A DNA stretch of 32,000 bases. Source: Propionibacterium ruminifibrarum (lineage in GTDB: Bacteria; Actinomycetota; Actinomycetes; Propionibacteriales; Propionibacteriaceae). The translations under genes were made by a program, and so were the position numbers. The notes beneath the pieces are model-generated. The model was not told the DNA's origin and ran no database searches. It saw only the letters and a list, made by a program, of their open reading frames with translations. The stretch covers positions 60,001 to 92,000 of the forward strand of contig NZ_OMOH01000008.1 in NCBI RefSeq assembly GCF_900289195.1, given 5' to 3'. Positions 1 to 12,815 of the stretch are shown piece after piece (the stretch's first letter is position 1; every line of letters begins with the position of its first letter).

Positions 1-123
1 GGCGTGGCGCACGGCCTCGATGGGGTAGAACTCCTGGGGTGCGTGGACGATCGCACGATCCACCATGGCGAGGGACATCGTGAGTCGAGGCGCCAGGGCC
101 TTGATGATGTCGCCGTGATCCAT
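1..123 (-). CDS. hypothetical protein, N-terminal fragment running off the left edge
   Basis: A reverse-strand ATG at 123..121 opens a frame that stays open to the window edge: MDHGDIIKALAPRLTMSLAMVDRAIVHAPQEFYPIEAVRHA. Third codon positions are mostly G/C. The listed + ORF 4..234 reads like its antisense shadow. No family recognised. The start is uncertain because two other reverse frames upstream (124-330) also look protein-like. Confidence 0.3.
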   Translation of the reverse strand, partial: MDHGDIIKALAPRLTMSLAMVDRAIVHAPQEFYPIEAVRHA

Positions 124-579
124 GTCTCGCCCAGACCTTCCTGCGGACTGGCGCCGCTGTTGGGAACCTCGATGATGAATACCGCGCCGGGTGGTACGGC
201 AACCGGGGCGCCGAAGGCCCCGGCCCCGAGGTGATGGGGTGCTCGGGTTCTGGCGAACCGATGTCCGCGAACTCTTCTTCTGTCACCCGGTCCTCGCGCG
301 ATGTCCCAGGGCAGAACAGCATCGCTTCGAACCACCGGGCGTCGTGTCAACCGATCGCAGGGGGTTGTGCGTTGGCTGTTACTCTAGCCTGACCTGAAGC
401 GGATTGCCTTGCCCGACGCGGAATGCGGGCAATCCATGCGAAATGTTGAATCGTGAAGGGTGCGTGGGAACCGCACCTCGGCGGATGAATCCTCCACCCA
501 TGGTTCACCCCTCCGCGGCACGTCCGCCTCCTCGGGGCGCATGGCGCGAAGCGTGCCGAGCCGGGACGCCGTCGCCGAT

Positions 580-609
580 TTGAGCAGGACGCGCGTCGTG
601 CTGTACAGT
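580..609 (+). promoter_or_regulatory. candidate sigma-70-type promoter for tRNA-Ile
   Basis: TTGAGC (580-585), 18-nt spacer, TACAGT (604-609), ending about 33 nt upstream of the mature tRNA 5' end. Hexamers found by eye only. Confidence 0.3.
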
Positions 610-641
610 GCAACCTCGGTGCGACTCATCGCCGCGCCGGA

Positions 642-715
642 GGGCCTATAGCTCAGTCGGTTAGAGCGCGTCCCTGATAAGGACGAGGTCACTGGTTCAA
701 GTCCAGTTAGGCCCA
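642..715 (+). tRNA. tRNA-Ile (anticodon GAT)
   Basis: GGGCCTATAGCTCAGTCGGTTAGAGCGCGTCCCTGATAAGGACGAGGTCACTGGTTCAAGTCCAGTTAGGCCCA folds as a canonical cloverleaf. Acceptor GGGCCTA/TAGGCCC, D arm GCTC/GAGC, anticodon stem CGTCC/GGACG with loop CTGATAA (anticodon GAT), T arm ACTGG-TTCAAGT-CCAGT, discriminator A. CCA is not encoded. 74 nt. Confidence 0.95.
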
Positions 716-1083
716 CCTACCGAGCCACATGGTTCCGTTAGTCAGGGCAAGTGCCTGAAGTTGGAATCCGCACCAGTGACCACTGGTACCCACCCCGGTC
801 CGTTGATCAATAGCCACCCGACGCCTCAAAACTGAGTATGACTCAACCATGGGATTGCTCGTCCGTCGCGTGACACCGAGAGCGGCCTGCGATTGGCATT
901 GTCACTCGTGCACGGCACGCTCGTCATTCAGCAGGATCACGGGGATGACACTTCGGGACGGTGATGGCGAACACGGCTAGCCGGAAGCTCTCAAAGTCAT
1001 TGCCAGGTGCGCTGAGCCGTATTCAGGTACGGCACCGGGTTGGCGCGTCGGCACCCTTGGTCGCACAGAACGGCGTGTCCCGG

Positions 1084-1123
1084 CATAGTCTCAGTATGTA
1101 CAAATGCACATACTGAGACTATG
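1084..1123. promoter_or_regulatory. perfect 16-bp inverted repeat, candidate TetR operator upstream of the yjbR-tetR operon
   Basis: CATAGTCTCAGTATGT (1084-1099) and ACATACTGAGACTATG (1108-1123) are exact reverse complements around an 8-nt spacer. The site is AT-rich relative to its flanks and lies 34 nt upstream of the yjbR-like start; a TetR regulator is co-transcribed downstream. Confidence 0.5.
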
Positions 1124-1156
1124 CTGTGACCCGTTGAGTTGAACAGGAGATCGGAC

Positions 1157-1597
1157 GTGGACAGGGAACAACTTCAGGAGTATGCGACAGCGAGTGCAGA
1201 GGACCTGCCCGGCTCCGAGCTCACGTATCCCTTCGGCGACAACTGTGACGTGTGGAAGGTTCGCGGGAAGATCTTCATGTTGCAGACCCAGATCGCCGGG
1301 GAGCCGATCGTCGTCCTCAAGGCGACCCCGTGCGACGCCATGGCCCTTCGGCAGGAACACGCCGACATCAGTGCGGGATACCACATGAACAAGAAGCACT
1401 GGATCACCATCCACCCGGACGGCGATGTGGACGCCGACCTGCTCGACGAACTGGTCACCGACTCATATCTGCTCGTCGTCGAGCGCCTTCCCTCTGCACA
1501 GCAGGAAACACTGGCGCACGTTCCCAGGCGATCGCTGACGAAACACCAGCCCGTACGGGGACAGGAGGGATGCCGTGCGCAAGGGAATCCCCAATGA
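1157..1597 (+). CDS. MmcQ/YjbR-family protein (predicted DNA-binding, DUF419-like)
   Basis: REQLQEYATASAEDLPGSELTYPFG...VVLKATPCDAMALRQEHADISAGYHMNKKHWITIHPDG...DSYLLVVERLP matches by eye the E. coli YjbR pattern (..LNKAHWSTVYLDG..). I prefer GTG 1157 (AGGAG at 1145-1149, 7-nt spacing) to the TTG 1139 of the ORF track. The 3' end overlaps the tetR start by 23 nt. Confidence 0.75.
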   Translation: MDREQLQEYATASAEDLPGSELTYPFGDNCDVWKVRGKIFMLQTQIAGEPIVVLKATPCDAMALRQEHADISAGYHMNKKHWITIHPDGDVDADLLDELVTDSYLLVVERLPSAQQETLAHVPRRSLTKHQPVRGQEGCRAQGNPQ

Positions 1598-2150
1598 TCC
1601 GGGGCGCCGCGACCGTTTGCGGGCTGTGGCCCTCGAATTCATCGCCGAGCGGGGGCTTCGGCGCTTCACCGTCCGCGGTGTGGCCGAACGGGCCGGCGTC
1701 TCGCCGGGGTCAATCACCTACTACTTCACCGACACCGACGAGCTCATCATGTCTGCCTTCGAGCTGCTGACCGAGCATGCAGAACCGAACTTCAACGTAC
1801 GCCTGCGGGCAGCAGGCACCCGAGACGAGGCGATCGAGGTGCTCATCGACTACGTCATCGACCCCGATGACGCCAGCCAGCAGGAGGTCCGCGCCGTGCG
1901 CGAGCTGTACTCCCTCGGCAGCCGTGACCCGAAGGCCGCAGCGCTGGTACGTGACCGGCTCGAGGCCAATGCCCGGACCGCCCTCATGCTGCACTTCACC
2001 GAGCCCTGCGCCCATGCCCTCGATGCGCTGATCGAGGGTCTGTGGACCCAGCGCTCGTGGAACGACGAACCCCTCGACCCGGGCATGGTCCGCACTGCCA
2101 TTCACGGCCTCGTCACCGCCTTCGACTCCCTGGAAGGAACATCCGCATGA
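1575..2150 (+). CDS. TetR/AcrR-family transcriptional regulator
   Basis: N-terminal HTH typical of the family: RRDRLRAVALEFIAERGLRRFTVRGVAERAGVSPGSITYYFTDTDELI. GTG start with AGGAGGG 5 nt upstream. The stop overlaps the next start (ATGA). Confidence 0.9.
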   Translation: MRKGIPNDPGRRDRLRAVALEFIAERGLRRFTVRGVAERAGVSPGSITYYFTDTDELIMSAFELLTEHAEPNFNVRLRAAGTRDEAIEVLIDYVIDPDDASQQEVRAVRELYSLGSRDPKAAALVRDRLEANARTALMLHFTEPCAHALDALIEGLWTQRSWNDEPLDPGMVRTAIHGLVTAFDSLEGTSA

Positions 2151-3133
2151 CCACCATGAAAGCCATTCGCCTGACCGGACCCACTGCTGCCGAAGACCTG
2201 CATCCGGTTGACGTCCCAGTTCCCGAACCACGCCCAGGCTGGGTGCGTGTCGCCGTCAAGGCATTCGGGGTCAACGAGTCCGAGGTGACCAGCCGACGCG
2301 GTCAGTCCTCGCCCGATTTCAGCTTCCCGCGGATCCTCGGCATCGAGTGCGTGGGTGTCGTGGACGCGGTCGATGTGTCCAGCACCCTGACCGTGGGTCA
2401 GCAGGTCGCCACCATGATGGGCGGCATGGGCCGTGGCTGGGATGGCAGCTATGCCGAGTACGTTCTCGTGCCCGAAGACCAGCTCATCACCTTTACCAGC
2501 GACCTGCCCTGGGAGGTGCTTGGCGCCCTGCCGGAGATGCTGCAGACGGCCCACGGCTCCCTTCACCGCGCCCTTCGCCTGGATCCCGGCCAGACACTGC
2601 TGGTGCACGGCGGCACTTCGACCGTCGGTCTCACCGCCACCTCTCTCGCCCATAACATGGGCGCCACAGTGCTGGCCACTAGCCGAAAATCGGAGAACCG
2701 CTTGCTGCTGGAGCACGTGGGGGCCGATCATGTGGTCATCGATGACGACACCCTTGCCGAGCAGGTATCCGTGATCTGTCCCAACGGACTCGACGCCGTC
2801 CTTGAGCTCGTTGGAGCCGATGCACTGCCCGCTACCCTGGCTCTGTTGAAGCCCGGCGGCATCGGCTGTTTCACCGGGGCCCTCAACGGCCACTGGACGC
2901 TTGGCGACGTCTCCCCCTTCGAGCTCGTTCCGGTCGGCGTCCGACTCACCACCTATGCCGGTGAGGCCAGCGATCTTGACGAAGCCAGCTTCGACGGCTA
3001 TCTCAAGGCCATCGCCGCGGGCAGCATCACACCGGTCACGTCCGCGGTGTACCGGGGCCTGGCCCGGGTTGGCCAGGCCCACCATGACCTGGAGCATGAC
3101 CGGCGTCCTGGCAAGTGCGTCGTCGTACTCTGA
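2147..3133 (+). CDS. zinc-type alcohol dehydrogenase / NADPH:quinone oxidoreductase-like (MDR superfamily)
   Basis: MTTMKAIRLTGP...GWVRVAVKAFGVNESEV...GIECVGVV...TLLVHGGTSTVGLTATSLAH (Rossmann glycine motif) is the zeta-crystallin-like MDR pattern. Start moved to ATG 2147 (GGAAGGA at 2132-2138, ATGA overlap with the tetR stop) instead of track start 2042. Confidence 0.85.
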   Translation: MTTMKAIRLTGPTAAEDLHPVDVPVPEPRPGWVRVAVKAFGVNESEVTSRRGQSSPDFSFPRILGIECVGVVDAVDVSSTLTVGQQVATMMGGMGRGWDGSYAEYVLVPEDQLITFTSDLPWEVLGALPEMLQTAHGSLHRALRLDPGQTLLVHGGTSTVGLTATSLAHNMGATVLATSRKSENRLLLEHVGADHVVIDDDTLAEQVSVICPNGLDAVLELVGADALPATLALLKPGGIGCFTGALNGHWTLGDVSPFELVPVGVRLTTYAGEASDLDEASFDGYLKAIAAGSITPVTSAVYRGLARVGQAHHDLEHDRRPGKCVVVL

Positions 3134-3170
3134 CCAGACATACCCACCTTGCCACCAGCAGGAGAACCAC

Positions 3171-4589
3171 ATGATCGAGACCATCCACCCTGTACGCGCC
3201 TGGCTGGGGGTTCCTTATGCCACTGCCAAACGTTTCCACAGCCCCCAGCGTGCCGCATTCGATCCCGATCGGCCCTACGACCAGTACGGCCCCGCGCCCC
3301 TCCAAGCCGGTGACACCAGCTGGCTGGAGGCCACCAACGGCTTCAGTGAGGACTGCCTCAACCTAAACATCTGGGCTCCCACCGACACCGGCGACAGACC
3401 GCTCCCCGTCATCGTCTACCTCTTCGGGGGCGGATGGATGATGGGTTCCAACACCCAGACCACATCCAATGCCTCCGGGCTGGCCGCAACCGGCCGCGTC
3501 ATCGGAGTCTCGATCAACTACCGACTCGGCGCCTTCGGCGCGCTGAGTCTGTCCCAGTACGGCGGTGCTCTGTCCGAGGCCACCAATCTGACTCTGCAGG
3601 ACCTCATTTGCGCCCTGCAATGGGTACGCGAAAACATCGGCCGTTTCGGTGGCGACCCCGCCGACGTCACTGTCACCGGCCAGAGCGCCGGAGGCTTCAC
3701 CGCACTCGGCCTGCTCGGCGTGCCCGCAGCCGACGGGCTCTACCATCACATCGCCGCGTTCTCCGGCATGCCGTCGCGCCTCGTCCCCGCCTGGGGAGCG
3801 GAGGAACGCGCTCGCACCCTCCTGGCCGACCTGGGCCTGCAGGACGACCCGCAGCAGCTCATCGACGTCGATGCGATGGACCTCGTCAATGCCATGGCGC
3901 GCACCGTTTCGCCCGATCCCGGGAGCGCCCATGGTGTCGATAATGACGTCATCGCCCTTGTTGACGACCGCGAGCAGCCCCACGGTGTCCTCGCCCACCA
4001 CCCCATGCGCGCCCTGGAGACCGGACGCCGCCCCGAGGTTGACATCCTGTTCAGCAACACCACTCACGAGACCGACTGGTGGGTGCTGCACCGCACCGCC
4101 GACTTCGACCCCGGTAGCTTTGAGAATCTTGTCGACGAGTTCGCCACCCGCAACCGCATCGCCCGCAGCCGCGCAGAGAAGATCGTCGCCGTCTACGCCG
4201 AGGGTCGTACCCCCGTAGAGGCCCGCGGTGCTCTGCTCACCGACTACTCCTTCACCCTGCCCCAGACCCGCGGTGCCCTCGCCCACGCCGCCGCGGGAGG
4301 CACCGCATACCGGCTCGTCATCGGCTCGGCTGAGGGTGCGCATGCCGTCCACGGCACCGAGCTGTACGGCATCGTCGGCCAGGAGGCACCTGGGCGCAGC
4401 GAGGAACAGGCCGTCCGTGACACGGCAGTCCGCGACGCCCTACTCGCGTTGGCCACGGGTCAGACCGACCAGCTGTGGGAACCCGTCACCACCGTGCCGA
4501 CGGCCAAGGGTCTGGGCACAATGCCCTACGACGCCACACAGCACTGCCAAGAGGTGTTGGAAAACTTCCGCGGCATCGCACGCCCCTGA
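3171..4589 (+). CDS. type-B carboxylesterase/lipase (para-nitrobenzyl-esterase-like)
   Basis: EDCLNLNIWAP, PVIVYLFGGGWMMGS (oxyanion-hole region) and VTVTGQSAGG (G-x-S-x-G nucleophile elbow) are type-B carboxylesterase signatures. ATG 3171 is preceded by GGAGA (3161-3165). Track start 2901 would overlap the previous gene. Confidence 0.9.
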   Translation: MIETIHPVRAWLGVPYATAKRFHSPQRAAFDPDRPYDQYGPAPLQAGDTSWLEATNGFSEDCLNLNIWAPTDTGDRPLPVIVYLFGGGWMMGSNTQTTSNASGLAATGRVIGVSINYRLGAFGALSLSQYGGALSEATNLTLQDLICALQWVRENIGRFGGDPADVTVTGQSAGGFTALGLLGVPAADGLYHHIAAFSGMPSRLVPAWGAEERARTLLADLGLQDDPQQLIDVDAMDLVNAMARTVSPDPGSAHGVDNDVIALVDDREQPHGVLAHHPMRALETGRRPEVDILFSNTTHETDWWVLHRTADFDPGSFENLVDEFATRNRIARSRAEKIVAVYAEGRTPVEARGALLTDYSFTLPQTRGALAHAAAGGTAYRLVIGSAEGAHAVHGTELYGIVGQEAPGRSEEQAVRDTAVRDALLALATGQTDQLWEPVTTVPTAKGLGTMPYDATQHCQEVLENFRGIARP

Positions 4590-4683
4590 TCCCCATACCG
4601 GTGGCTCCGGAGCAGCTCCTGACAGCCGGGAGTGTCAATTATCGGTGTTGGGCGACCAGGACTGACCCGTCTTGATCAAGCAA

Positions 4684-4932
4684 TCAGGCGCTCTTCTCGG
4701 CGTCCAGCCGGTCGAGGATCCACGAACGTACGAGGGTGGACGCCGGCAGGTGGCGGGCCCGGGCCACGGCCTCCACACGTGCCTGCTCCTCGGCACTCAG
4801 GCGGACGGAATACACCTTTGTCCGGCGGTTGGGACGGGTGACCCTGGTGTCGTTAGGGTAGGCGTCGTTCCGGGTGGTCTCGGATTCGGCGCGCAATCGC
4901 GCGGCCAGGTCACGATCCATCGTCTTGGCCAT
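4684..4932 (-). CDS. ribbon-helix-helix (CopG/BrnA-like) antitoxin
   Basis: 82 aa. The C-terminal VYSVRLSAEEQARVEAVARARHLPASTLVRSWILDRL is an RHH pattern. A 23-nt overlap with the upstream small gene gives the classic two-gene TA layout with the toxin first, as in BrnTA. Confidence 0.6.
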   Translation of the reverse strand: MAKTMDRDLAARLRAESETTRNDAYPNDTRVTRPNRRTKVYSVRLSAEEQARVEAVARARHLPASTLVRSWILDRLDAEKSA

Positions 4933-5239
4933 CGGTGATCTCCTCTCGATAAATCCTCAGGTCGGCGCCCGTGGCAGGCCATGCATTGATCAAGTGAAGG
5001 TCGCCGTCCTCGTCACGAAAGGCGATGACGGTCACCACTCGTCCGGCGCCGGGAGAGTATCCGATGAACCGCGAGGCGCCCATGCGTGACTTGGGATCAG
5101 GCTCCAATGCGGCCACGTCACGGTCCTGAAGTGCTTCTTGGGCCCACTCGGGCTCGAGGCTCTGCCCACCCTGGTAACGATCGCCCCTGGATCGGACATA
5201 GGCGGCGGCCTCGTCGTCCCAATGAAGCACCTCGCCCAT
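4910..5239 (-). CDS. putative toxin, DUF497/BrnT-like (tentative)
   Basis: 110 aa from ATG 5239 (the track ORF starts 36 codons earlier). The C-terminal SRFIGYSPGAGRVVTVIAFRDEDGDLHLINAWPATGADLRIYRE resembles the conserved end of DUF497/BrnT toxins (G....VVYT.R....IRIISAR.A...E...Y). The N-terminal KHG-type motif is not evident, so the family call is tentative. Confidence 0.45.
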   Translation of the reverse strand: MGEVLHWDDEAAAYVRSRGDRYQGGQSLEPEWAQEALQDRDVAALEPDPKSRMGASRFIGYSPGAGRVVTVIAFRDEDGDLHLINAWPATGADLRIYREEITDGQDDGS

Positions 5240-5306
5240 GGTCAAGTGTACTACGAAGTAAGACGAAGATGACCGCCCATCATTCGGCCAGGCCCCGGCC
5301 GAGGGC

Positions 5307-5795
5307 TCAGTCCTCTGCGAGAGTGACCTCAAGGCCCCCGATGACATTGGCCGCCAGGTTGTACAGGAAGCTGAGCAACGTGCAGATCGCGGTGATGAAC
5401 ACGACGTTCAGCACGGCCACGATGGCGGTGAAGCCGAGCACCCGCCACTGGCTGATGTAGTTCGACAGCTCCAGACCCGAGCCCGAGGAGCTGCCGACGA
5501 GGGCGGTCAGGGCCTCCTGGGCCTGGTCGAGGGCGCCGGAGAGGGCGAAGATGCCCCAGACGATCCACACCGCGACGAACAGGATGACGCCGGCCGCGAT
5601 GGAGAAGAGGAACGAGGTCTTCATCACCGACCACGGGTCGAATCGTGCGATGCGCAGCCGGGCCTTGCGGGTGGGGCGGCGGGTGCCCTTGTCGGCCCCG
5701 GCCAACGTCATACCGACACCGCCCGCGGATGCCTCCACGGGCTGGCGGCGCTGGGTGACGCGCGTCCTGTCCGGGTCGTTGACGGCTTTCGCCAT
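5307..5795 (-). CDS. DUF3566 membrane protein (the conserved gene following gyrA in actinobacteria)
   Basis: MAKAVNDPDRTRV...ARLRIARFDPWSVMKTSFLFSIAAGVILFVAVWIVWGIF...VLGFTAIVAVLNVVFITAICTLLSFLYNLAANVIGGLEVTL. It has two TM segments and occupies the position of M. tuberculosis Rv0007. ATG 5795 has a perfect AGGAGG upstream. Confidence 0.8.
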   Translation of the reverse strand: MAKAVNDPDRTRVTQRRQPVEASAGGVGMTLAGADKGTRRPTRKARLRIARFDPWSVMKTSFLFSIAAGVILFVAVWIVWGIFALSGALDQAQEALTALVGSSSGSGLELSNYISQWRVLGFTAIVAVLNVVFITAICTLLSFLYNLAANVIGGLEVTLAED

Positions 5796-5879
5796 GAGTC
5801 CTCCTGCGTGCCTGTTCATGCCCGGTCACCGGGCACCTGCTGCCAGCCAGCCTCTCACATCCCGGGGGGCTCCTGCGGG

Positions 5880-8510
<2,631 letters not shown>

Positions 8511-8559
8511 CGTTCTTCCTTGCTTGCGGGGGTCGTGCGCGTCCGATGCCTACCGGCGG

Positions 8560-10605
<2,046 letters not shown>

Positions 10606-10655
10606 CGGATGGTGCTCCTGTCATCATGGGGTGAACGGGCGCCACCCAACGTTCG

Positions 10656-10661
10656 ATTCTA
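10656..10661 (-). promoter_or_regulatory. candidate -10 element of the gyrB promoter
   Basis: TAGAAT on the minus strand (10661..10656), about 45 nt upstream of the gyrB start. The -35 is weak (TCGAAG at 17-nt spacing). By-eye call. Confidence 0.3.
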
Positions 10662-10857
10662 CCAGTGAGCACGGCTCTCTTCGAGAATTCACCACCGCGC
10701 GCCGACCACGGCTTCCCGCTGGAGGCCCTGGAACGGCCTTCTGCGGCGATCGACCCCGCCGCGCGTGGAGGGGTACCGAACCCGGGCGGGCCGCCCGCGA
10801 TCGGCTGACGGGACGGAGCCGTTCGGCGGCTCGGGCACCAGCCCGGCGGGCGGGTCC

Positions 10858-11508
10858 TCACCCGTACGTGTCGCGGGGCCCTCGGCCCGGGACGGTGCGG
10901 GGGCCGTGGCGCCAGCTGGGGGCGTTCGGGCCCCGCACGTCGACGCGGGTGACGGCGCCGTCCCCGAGCCGGCGGTTGAGCCGTCCGACGAGCTGCGGGG
11001 CGATCGTGCGCAGGGCGCTGGCCCAGGTGCTCGACTCGGCGCGCACGACGAGGACGCCGTCGCGGTAGCTCTCGGGGCGCGAGTGCTGTGCGTTGGTCTG
11101 GCCCACGAGCTCGTCCCAGCGCTGGATGATCAGACGCAACCCGATCTGCCGGCGCCAGCCGCGCGCCACGATGAGGTCATCGACGGCCGAACCGAGCGGC
11201 TGCGGGTCGCGGGCATCGGGGTGGGCGCCGGACCGCTGCTCGCCCACCGTGCGGCGGCGGCGACGGTTCCTGTTCTCCGGACCCAGCCTCGCCGGTGGCA
11301 GCAGGCCGGACAGGTTGTGGGCGACCCGGCTGGCCACGTCGAAGCCCTCGGGGTCGTGTTCCTCGACCGGGTCGGCGCCGGGCGGTGGTGTGCCGTCGTC
11401 GTGGCCGGGTTCTGGTGCTGCGCTGAACTCGCCGGCGCCGAAACCCTCCGGGCGGGCCGAGCCCTGTTCCGGCTCCGGTCCGTCGTGGCTCTGACCGCGC
11501 GGATTCAT
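10858..11508 (-). CDS. dciA: DUF721 protein, DciA-family (replicative-helicase loader family)
   Basis: The C-terminal half WRRQIGLRLIIQRWDELVGQTNAQHSRPESYRDGVLVVRAESSTWASALRTIAPQLVGRLNRRLGDGAVTRVDVRG is the DUF721 pattern. Its position between recF and gyrB equals M. tuberculosis Rv0004. The N-terminal ~100 aa is low-complexity. ATGA overlap with the recF stop. Confidence 0.8.
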   Translation of the reverse strand: MNPRGQSHDGPEPEQGSARPEGFGAGEFSAAPEPGHDDGTPPPGADPVEEHDPEGFDVASRVAHNLSGLLPPARLGPENRNRRRRRTVGEQRSGAHPDARDPQPLGSAVDDLIVARGWRRQIGLRLIIQRWDELVGQTNAQHSRPESYRDGVLVVRAESSTWASALRTIAPQLVGRLNRRLGDGAVTRVDVRGPNAPSWRHGPRTVPGRGPRDTYG

Positions 11509-12806
11509 CGGACGTCCTCCGAGCCCCGGCCGGGTTCCGCGTGCTCGTGGGGCGAGTCGCCGGCCCCGTCATCGCCGGTTCCGTCATCGAGGTCGACGAC
11601 GCCCTCGCCAGTGATCCGCGAGACACGGCCGGTGTCGCCGTCCGGGTTCGGTTCATCGTGCATGTGCACCCTGAGGCGGCGGCCGGTGAGCTGGTCGGGC
11701 ACGTCCTGGTCGACCGCTGCGGTGACGAGCACCTGTTCGGCGTCCCGGACCGCCTCGGCGAGCCGGTCCCTGCGCGTGGTGTCGAGTTCGGCGAAGACGT
11801 CGTCGAGCACCAGGACCGGCTCGATGCCCTCGGCGCGCAGCATCGTCAGGCTGCCCAGTCGCAGGGCCAGTGCCAGCGACCAGCTCTCGCCGTGACTCGC
11901 GTAACCCTTGGCGGGCAGGGCGCCGATGTGCAGGTCGATGTCGTCGCGGTGGGGGCCCACCAGCGAGACACCCCGGATGCACTCGTCATGGCGACGGACG
12001 GCCATGTGCTGGCGCAGCAGCCCGCTCAGAACGCTCGGGTCGGGCGTGCCGGGGTATTCGTCGCCCTCGGGCGCGAGCAGTTCGGCCAGGTGGGGCAGGG
12101 CCGACTTGTACCGGGCGCTCGCCACGTTGTTGACGGGGGCTATCGCGGCATAGGCGGCGCGGGTGGGGGCCGCCACGTCGGCGAGTGTGGTGATCCGCGC
12201 GGCGAGCAGTTCGGCCCCCAGGTCGGCAAGCCGCTCGTCCCAGACGTCGAGGGTGACCGCGGTCGCGTCGTCCAGGTGCCCACCGCGCTTGGCGACCTGC
12301 TTGAGCAGCGCGTTGCGCTGGCGCAGGGCACGGTCGTAGTCGGCCTTGACGGCAGCCATGCGCGGCCAGCGGGTGACCAGGAGTGCGTCGAGGAAGCCGC
12401 GGCGGTCCGCCGGGTCGCCCTTGACGATCGCCAGGTCCTCGGGGCTGAAGACGACGGCGCGCAGTGCACCGACGAGGTCACGGACGCGCCGCTGCGGGAC
12501 GCGGTTGATCCGTGCCCGGTTGGCACGGCCGGCATTCAGCTCGATCTCGAGCAGCAGCTTGCGCGGATCGTCCCGGCCCGCGACGACGGCGGCGCGGATG
12601 ATCGCCTGGCTGGTCCCCGCACGCAGCAGCGGGGCGTCCGAGGCGACCCGGTGCGAACTCAGCGTCGCGAGGTACTCGATGGCCTCGACGAGGTTGGTCT
12701 TGCCGTGCCCGTTGGGCCCCATGAGGACATTGACGCCCGGGCCGAGCGCCAACGAGGCGGCTCGGTAGCTTCGGAAATCAACCAGTTCCAGATGGTCGAC
12801 GAACAC
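11505..12806 (-). CDS. recF: DNA replication/repair protein RecF
   Basis: MFVDHLELVDFRSYRAASLALGPGVNVLMGPNGHGKTNLVEAIEYL (Walker A) and LVLDDVFAELD (Walker B). GTG start at 12806. About 50 aa of acidic C-terminal extension. Confidence 0.97.
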   Translation of the reverse strand: MFVDHLELVDFRSYRAASLALGPGVNVLMGPNGHGKTNLVEAIEYLATLSSHRVASDAPLLRAGTSQAIIRAAVVAGRDDPRKLLLEIELNAGRANRARINRVPQRRVRDLVGALRAVVFSPEDLAIVKGDPADRRGFLDALLVTRWPRMAAVKADYDRALRQRNALLKQVAKRGGHLDDATAVTLDVWDERLADLGAELLAARITTLADVAAPTRAAYAAIAPVNNVASARYKSALPHLAELLAPEGDEYPGTPDPSVLSGLLRQHMAVRRHDECIRGVSLVGPHRDDIDLHIGALPAKGYASHGESWSLALALRLGSLTMLRAEGIEPVLVLDDVFAELDTTRRDRLAEAVRDAEQVLVTAAVDQDVPDQLTGRRLRVHMHDEPNPDGDTGRVSRITGEGVVDLDDGTGDDGAGDSPHEHAEPGRGSEDVR

Positions 12807-12815
12807 GTTCTTCGA

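Noticed and set aside
384-716. Minus-strand ORF (110 aa) beginning MGLTGLEPVTSSLSG.
   Set aside because: It is the antisense translation of the tRNA-Ile gene and its leader, not a protein gene.
849-980. 43-aa + ORF with a CDWHCHSC cluster. Minus-strand protein-like fragments (NDFESFRLAVFAITVPK, VIPVILLNDERAVHE) also occur in 860-1086.
   Set aside because: These are too short, have no RBS and show mixed codon bias. The fragments are in different frames, so this is possibly decayed gene debris, but not supportable as a feature.
2901-3170. Long N-terminal extensions of track ORFs: 2901 for the esterase, 2042 for the oxidoreductase, 26652 for jag, 27868 for rsmG, 21122 for the ABC ATPase, 18874 for the permease, 14069 for dnaN and 5347 for the toxin.
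   Set aside because: In each case an internal start with a clear Shine-Dalgarno sequence coincides with the beginning of family-like sequence, and the extension overlaps the upstream gene.
716-5300. Possibility that the tRNA-Ile 3' flank is an integrated genomic island.
   Set aside because: There is no integrase or recombinase gene. I found no direct repeat of the tRNA 3' end (GGTTCAAGTCCAGTTAGGCCCA) further right, so only the orientation oddity is reported.
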